Shown: positions 56,782 through 64,000 of the stretch, piece by piece | Layout: every line of letters begins with the position of its first letter | Numbering within the stretch: position 1 is the first letter of the stretch | NCBI GenBank assembly: GCA_002269645.1 | Contig: NIVC01002343.1 | Span: 1 to 64,000 of the forward strand | Direction of reading: 5' to 3' | Length of the DNA: 64,000 nt | From: Macrostomum lignano | Lineage: Eukaryota | The notes under the pieces: model-generated | The model's input: the letters and a program-made list of their open reading frames with translations, nothing else | Told to the model about the DNA's origin: nothing | Databases searched by the model: none | Made by a program: the position numbers and the translations under genes

Positions 56782-59700
56782 AAGAAGCGTCATATAAAAA
56801 TCGTAGAAGCGTCATGTAAACAATCATAAAAGCGTCATGTAAAAAATCGTAGAAGCGTCATGTAAAAAATCTTAGAAGCGTCATGTAAACAATCATAGAA
56901 GCGTCATGTAAACAATCATAGAAGCGTCATGTAAAAAATCGTAGAAGCGTCATGTAAAAAATCTTAGAAGCGTACTGTAAACAATCATAGAAGCGTCATG
57001 TAAACAATCATAGAAGCGTAAACAATCATAGAAGCGTCATGTTAACAATCATAGAAGCGTCATGTAAACAATCATAGAAGCGTCATGTAAACAATCATAG
57101 AAGCGTCATGTAAAAAATCATAGAAGCGTCATATAAAAATCGTAGAAGCGTCATTTAAAAAATCATAGAAGCGTCATGTAAACAATCATAGAAGCGTCAT
57201 GTAAACAATCATAGAAGCGTCATGTTAACAATCATAGAAGCGTCATGTAAAAAATCATAGAAGCGTCATGTAAACAATCATAGAAGCGCCATGTAAAAAA
57301 TTGTAGAAGCGTCATGTAAACAATCATAGAAGCGTCATGTAAAAAGTCATAAAAGCGTCATAAAATCATAGAAGCGTCATGTAAAAAATCATAGAAGCGT
57401 CATGTAAAAAATCATAGAAGCGTCATGTAAACAATCATAGAAGCGTCATGTAAACAATCATAGAAGCGTCATGTAAAAAAATCATAGAAGCGTCATGTAA
57501 ACAATCATAGAAGCGTTATGTAAAAAATCGTAGAAGCGTCATGTAAAAAATCATAGAAGCGTCATGTATAAAGCATAGAAGCGTTATGTAAAAAATCATA
57601 GAATCGTCATGAAAAAATCATAGAAGCGTCATGTAAACAATCATAGAAGCGTCATGTAAAAAATCATAGAAGCGTCATATAAAAATCGTAGAAGCGTCAT
57701 GTAAACAATCATAAAAGCATCATGTAAAAAATCGTAGAAGCGTCATGTAAAAAATCTTAGAAGCGTCATGTAAAAATCTTAGAAGCGTCATGTAAACAAT
57801 CATAGAAGCGTCATGTAAACAATCATAGAAGCGTCATGTAAACAATCATAGAAGCGTCATGTAAACAATCATAGAAGCGTCATGTAAACAATCATAGAAG
57901 CGTCATGTAAAAAATCATAGAAGCGTCATGTAAAAAATCATAGAAGCGTCATATAAAATCGTAGAAGCGTCATGTAAACAATCATAGAAGCGTCATGTAA
58001 ACAATCATAGAAGCGTCATGTAAACAATCATAGAAGCGTCATGTAAACAATCATAGAAGCGTCAGGTTAACAATCATAGAAGCGTCATGTAAACAATCAT
58101 AGAAGCGTCATGTAAAAAATCACAGAAGCGTCATGTAAAAAATCATAGAAGCGTCATATAAAAATCGTAGAAGCGTCATGTAAAAAATCTTAGAAGCGTC
58201 ATGTAAACAATCATAGAAGCGTTATGTAAACAATCATAGAAGCGTCATGTAAACAATCATAGAAGCGTCATGTTAACAATCATAGAAGCGTCATGTAAAC
58301 AATCATAGAAGCGTTATGTAAACAATCATAGAAGCGTCATGTAAAAAATCATAGAAGCGTCATATAAAAATCGTAGAAGCGTCATGTAAACAATCATAAA
58401 AGCATCATGTAAAAAATCGTAGAAGCGTCATGTAAAAAATCTTAGAAGCGTCATGTAAAAATCTTAGAAGCGTCATGTAAACAATCATAGAAGCGTCATG
58501 TAAACAATCATAGAAGCGTCATGTAAACAATCATAGAAGCGTCATGTTAACAATCATAGAAGCGTCATGTAAACAATCATAGAAGCGTCATGTAAAAAAT
58601 CATAGAAGCGTCATGTAAAAAATCATAGAAGCGTCATATAAAAATCGTAGAAGCGTCATGTAAACAATCATAGAAGCGTCATGTAAACAATCATAGAAGC
58701 GTCATGTAAACAATCATAGAAGCGTCATGTAAACAATCATAGAAGCGTCATGTTAACAATCATAGAAGCGTCATGTAAACAATCATAGAAGCGTCATGTT
58801 AACAATCATAGAAGCGTCATGTAAAAAATCATAGAAGCGTCATATAAAAATCGTAGAAGCGTCATGTAAACAATCATAAAGCGTCATGTAAAAAATCGTA
58901 GAAGCGTCATGTAAAAAATCTTAGAAGCGTCATGTAAACAATCATAGAAGCGTCATGTAAACAATCATAGAAGCGTCATGTAAACAATCATAGAAGCGCC
59001 ATGTAAAAAATCATAGAAGCGTCATGTAAACAATCATAGAAGCGTCATGTAAAAAATCATAGAAGCGTCATGTAAAAAAACATAGAAGCGTCATATAAAA
59101 ATCGTAGAAGCGTCATGTAAACAATCATAAAAGCGTCATGTAAAAAATCGTAGAAGCGTCATGTAAAAAATCTTAGAAGCGTCATGTAAACAATCATAGA
59201 AGCGTCATGAAAACAATCATAGAAGCGTCATGTAAAAAATCGTAGAAGCGTCATGTAAAAATCTTAGAAGCGTCATGTAAACAATCATAGAAGCGTCATG
59301 TAAACAATCATAGAAGCGTCATGTAAACAATCATACAAGCGCATGTAAAAAATCGTAGAAGCGTCATGTAAAAAATCGTAGAGCGTCATGTAAACAATCA
59401 TAGAAGCGTCATGTAAAAAATCTTAGAAGCGTCATGTAAAAATCTTAGAAGCGTCATGTAAAAAATCGTAGAAGCGTCATGTAAAAAATCTAGAAGCGTC
59501 ATGTAAACAATCATAGAAGCGTCATGTTAACAATCATAGAAGCGTCATGTAAACAATCATAGAAGCGTCATGTAAACAATCATAGAAGCGTCATGTAAAC
59601 AATCATAGAAGCGTCATGTAAAAATCATTGAAGCGTCATGTAAACAATCATGAAGCGTACTGTAAAAATCATAGAAGCGTCATGTAAACAATCATAGAAG

Positions 59701-62010
59701 CGTCATGTAAACAATCATAGAAACGTCATATAAAAATCATAGAAGCGTCATGTAAAGAATCATAGAAGCGTCATGTAAAAAAATCATAGAAGCGTCATGT
59801 AAAAATCATAGAAGCGTCAAGAAAAAATCATAGAAGCCTCATTTAAAAACTAATGAAAGTGTCATTTAAAAAATCATAGAAGCGTCATGTAAACAATCAT
59901 AGAAGCGTCATGTAAACAATCATAGAAGCGTCATGTAAAAATCATAGAAGCGTCATGTAAACAATCATAGAAGCGTCATGTAAACAATCATAGAAGCGTC
60001 ATGTAAACAATCATAGAAGCGTCATATAAAAATCATAGAAGCGTCATGTAAGCAATCATAGAAGCGTCATGTAAAAAATCATAGAAGCGTCATGTAAAAA
60101 TCATAGAAGCGTCATATAAAAATCATAGAAGCGTCATGTAAAGAATCATAGAAGCGTCATGTAAAAAAATCATAGAAGCGTCATGTAAAAATCATAGAAG
60201 CGTCAAGAAAAATCATAGAAGCCTCATTAAACTAATGAAGCGTCATTAAAAATCATAGAAGCGTCATGTAAACAATCATAGAAGCGTCATGTAAACAATC
60301 ATAGAAGCGTCATGTAAACAATCATAGAAGCGTCATGTAAACAATCATAGAAGCGTCATGTAAACAATCATAGAAGCGTCATGTAAACAATCATAGAAGC
60401 GTCATGTTAACAATCATAGAAGCGTCATGTAAACAATCATAGAAGCGTCATGTAACAATCATAGAAGCGTCATGTAAAAAATCATAGAAGCGTCATATAA
60501 AAATCGTAGAAGCGTCATGTAAACAATCATAGAAGCGTCATGTAAAAATCATAGAAGCGTCATGTAAAAATCTAGAAGCGTCATGTAAACAATCATAGAA
60601 GCGTCATGTAAACAATCATAGAAGCGTCATGTAAACAATCATAGAAGCGTCATGTAAAAAATCATAGAAGCGTCATGTAAAAATCATAGAAGCGTCATGT
60701 AAAAATCATAGAAGCGTCATGTAAAAAATCATAGAAGCGTCATATAAAAATCGTAGAAGCGTCATGTAAACAATCATAGAAGCGTCATGTAAAAAATCGT
60801 AGAAGCGTCATGTAAAAAATCTAGAAGCGTCATGTAAACAATCATAGAAGCGTCATGTAAACAATCATAGAAGCGTCATGTAAAAATCATAGAAGCGTCA
60901 TGTAAAAATCTAGAAGCGTCATGTAAACAATCATAGAAGCGTCATGTAAACAATCATAGAAGCGTCATGTAAACAATCATAGAAGCGTCATGTAAAAAAT
61001 CGTAGAAGCGTCATGTAAAAAATCGTAGAAGCGTCATGTAAACAATCATAGAAGCGTCATGTAAACAATCATAGAAGCGTCATGTAAAAATCTAGAAGCG
61101 TCATGTAAACAATCATAGAAGCGTCATGTAAACAATCATAAAGCGTCATGTAAACAATCATAGAAGCGTCATGTAAAAATCATAGAAGCGTCATGTAAAC
61201 AATCATAGAAGCGTCATGTAAACAATCATAGAAGCGTCATGTAAACAATCATAGAAGCGTCATGTAAAAATCATAAGCGTCATGTAAACAATCATAGAAG
61301 CGTCATGTAAAAAATCATAGAAGCGTCATGTAAACAATCATAGAAGCGTCATGTAAACAATCATAGAAACGTCATATAAAAATCATAGAAGCGTCATGTA
61401 AAAATCATAGAAGCGTCATGTAAAAAAATCATAGAAGCGTCATGTAAAAATCATAGAAGCGTCAAGAAAAAATCATAGAAGCGTCATTTAAACAATCATA
61501 GAAGCGTCATGTAAAAAATCATAGAAGCGTCATGTAAACAATCATAGAAGCGTCATGTAAACAATCATAGAAGCGTCATGTAAAAATCATAGAAGCGTCA
61601 TGTAAACAATCATAGAAGCGTCATGTAAACAATCATAGAAGCGTCATGTAAACAATCATAGAAGCGTCATATAAAAATCATAGAAGCGTCATGTAAGCAA
61701 TCATAGAAGCGTCATGTAAAAAATCATAGAAGCGTCATGTAAACAATCATAGAAGCGTCATGTAAACAATCATAGAAGCGTCATGTAAAAATCATAGAAG
61801 CGTCATGTAAACAATCATAGAAGCGTCATGTAAACAATCATAGAAGCGTCATATAAAAATCGTAGAAGCGTCATGTAAAAAATCATAGAAGCGTCATGTA
61901 AACAATCATAGAAGCGTCATGTAAAAAATCATAGAAGCGTCAAGAAAAATCATAGAAGCCTCATTTAAAAACTAATGAAAGTGTCATTTAAAAAATTAAG
62001 AAGCGTCACG
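56782..62010. repeat. 23-bp satellite AGAAGCGTCATGTAAACAATCAT, array 2
   Basis: About 225 units. Confidence 0.97.
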
Positions 62011-62868
62011 GTAGAATAAAAGAAACGTCATGTCAGACATGAAGGGTTCATGTAAAAATTAAATGCAACTATAATGCTGTGCTGGGGAGAAAAACTGAGA
62101 CGTCAAGGCTCTCAGAGAATAACTGAGATTACGGGGGGGGGGGGTTTCTGAGATGTCAAAGCAAAAGTCAGAAGCTACTTCAAAGTTCGTGTACTTTACT
62201 CCATTTTTTATTGCATTCTTTGTTGGCTCGTCACGGGGGGGGGGGCGCTGATAGAAGAAAAGTCATGTAAAAAATAAAAGTAGCACTATGTATACATAAA
62301 AGAAAAGTCATGTCGAAGTTAAAAGATTCATTTGGGAATTGCTACGATGTCAAAGCTTGGTGGAAATCGTTATAGTGCTGTGATTCTTAAAGAAAGAATC
62401 ACTAAAATGTTAAGGCTTAGGGGAGAAGAATTGCTGAGATTTCAAGGCTTTAGGTTGGGTTAAAGTTAGGTTTAGGTCAGGTATGGGTTGAGGGTTATAT
62501 TTTATCGGGTTTCAAGGTTAACAGGGGATTTTTTAGATTTCAAGGTTTATGGGGGCCATTGCTGACATGTCAAGGCTTACGGGGGAATAGCTGAGATGTC
62601 AAGGCTCACGGGGGTATAAATGAGATTTCAAGGCTAAAGTCAGAAGCTACATGTAGTTTATTGAAAACTTTTTATTACATTATTTGATGCCTCCTCAGGG
62701 GAGGGATCGCTGATAAAAAAGCGTAATGTAAAAAATAAAAGAAGCTTCATGTCGAAGTTAAGAGATTCATTTGGGAATCCCTACGATGTTGAGGCTTGCA
62801 AGGAATCGCTATAATGCTGTAGTAGTGCTATAATGACTCTTAGGGAGAATTACTGAAATTTCAATGCT

Positions 62869-62930
62869 TTAGGGTTAGGTTAGGGTTAGGGTTAGGGTTA
62901 GGGTTAGGGTTAGGCTAGGGTTAGGGTTAG
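62869..62930 (+). repeat. Interstitial telomeric (TTAGGG)n tract
   Basis: About 10 units, most of them perfect. Confidence 0.93.
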
Positions 62931-63822
62931 AAGGTTGACAGATATTTTTAGATTTCCAAGGCTTATTGGGGGCATTGCTGAGATGTCAAGGGGGGAAGTT
63001 GATATGTTAAAGCTTGTGGGGGGGATAACTGACATGTCAAGGCTTACAAGGTTTGACAGGAGATTTTTTAAGATTTCAAGGATACATGTAGCTTATTAAA
63101 AAAACGTGTATTGCATTTCTTTGGCTCCCCAACGGGGGGCGTAGATTGCTAGTATAAAACTAAACTCTACCTACTAAACAGATGACCAATGTACAAAAAC
63201 TGCTCTTACAACACTTGGCCAACCTCAGCCACCGCTAAAAATAGCGACACCTGCTGAAATTCCCTTGTGGATGCGTGCAAGTGACATGGTGCGGTAGGCA
63301 GGCAGGCTATCAGCAGTGCACGAGGGACTGAAGTTGAAGATAACAAATTTTGCACAAAGCCAGGCAGTGCAGAAACTGCTTTGACATCACCTGCAGTTTT
63401 ACACGCGTGTTTAGCGAATGCCCGATTTAATCGCTTAGTCTTGAATAGCTGCAGTCAGTCCAGTAAGCCAAGGCCAGCATGACTAAACTCATAAAGTACT
63501 GCGGACGCGAATAAAAACTATTAAAAAATCGTCAGCGTCACATCTACGAATACGGAGATAACGCAGATAAGCTGCGACCTCATCCAAACTGCATAAAAGT
63601 AGCGCAGCTGCCGGGCATGTGGAGCATCGCCGGCATTTGCAGCTGCAGTGGAAGCCTCTCAATCTGAAGAGCAACACAGACAAGGTAAGTCTCCGTGCAG
63701 TGTCGCTGAATTCGAACGGTTTCAAGCATAGTCAGGTGTTTATGGCGTACTGGCGCTGCTGCCCCGCATAAACTCTTGTCCGTGTTTGATATCGTTGCTT
63801 CAGGAAGCCTCAATAGCATGCA

Positions 63823-64000
63823 GACCAGCGGTTCCAACGGGGATCTGGGAGACCAGCGGTTCCAACGGGGATATGGGAGACCAGCGGTTCCAACGGGGAT
63901 CTGGGAGACCAGCGGTTCCAACGGGGATCTGGGAGACCAGCGGTTCCAACGGGGATCTGGGAGACCAGCGGTTCCAACGGGGATCTGGGAGACCAGCGGT
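63823..64000. repeat. 28-bp minisatellite running off the window end
   Basis: GACCAGCGGTTCCAACGGGGATCTGGGA, at least 6 copies. Confidence 0.93.

Larger units (their letters stand above)
56159..63152 (+). mobile_element. Helitron-like non-autonomous element, copy 2 (about 7.0 kb)
   Basis: A|TC 5' end at 56159; 3' hairpin GCTCCCC-AAC-GGGGGGC (63124-63140) followed by CTAG|T at 63149-63153; no ORF, TIR or TSD. Confidence 0.75.

Noticed and set aside
63489-63921. Minus-strand ORFs at the window end, one with a CxCxCxxCxxC cluster
   Set aside because: They begin inside the 28-bp repeat, show no consistent codon bias and give no recognisable motif; the next window is needed.

Overview
Eukaryotic (animal) genomic DNA with GC3-rich coding exons separated by many different minisatellite arrays. 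This architecture fits a free-living flatworm such as Macrostomum lignano, but the species is an inference. In order, the window holds: a decayed Gypsy LTR retrotransposon; the last exon of SMIM7; two tandem copies of a secreted PAN/ConA-lectin-like gene; a minus-strand LYRM7 + NF-YC pair; and a transposon-rich AT-rich block (MITEs, a mariner, a Merlin-like remnant). Next come eight consecutive plus-strand genes (DnaJ ARG1/dnj-16-like, BLOC1S6, IDI1, CWC25-like, NUP58, TAF10, a small secreted orphan, and a ~755-aa orphan), then two tandem Helitron-like elements carrying a large 23-bp satellite and an internal TTAGGG tract. The main signal is a candidate trans-spliced operon. BLOC1S6, NF-YC and probably TAF10 have no usable ATG, and each reading frame opens exactly in phase 0 after a 3' splice-acceptor AG at the end of a minisatellite. 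That is what would be expected if a spliced leader ending in AUG supplied the start codon. Several minisatellites are themselves built from repeated splice signals. All gene calls come from recalled protein motifs and manual reading; no database search was run.
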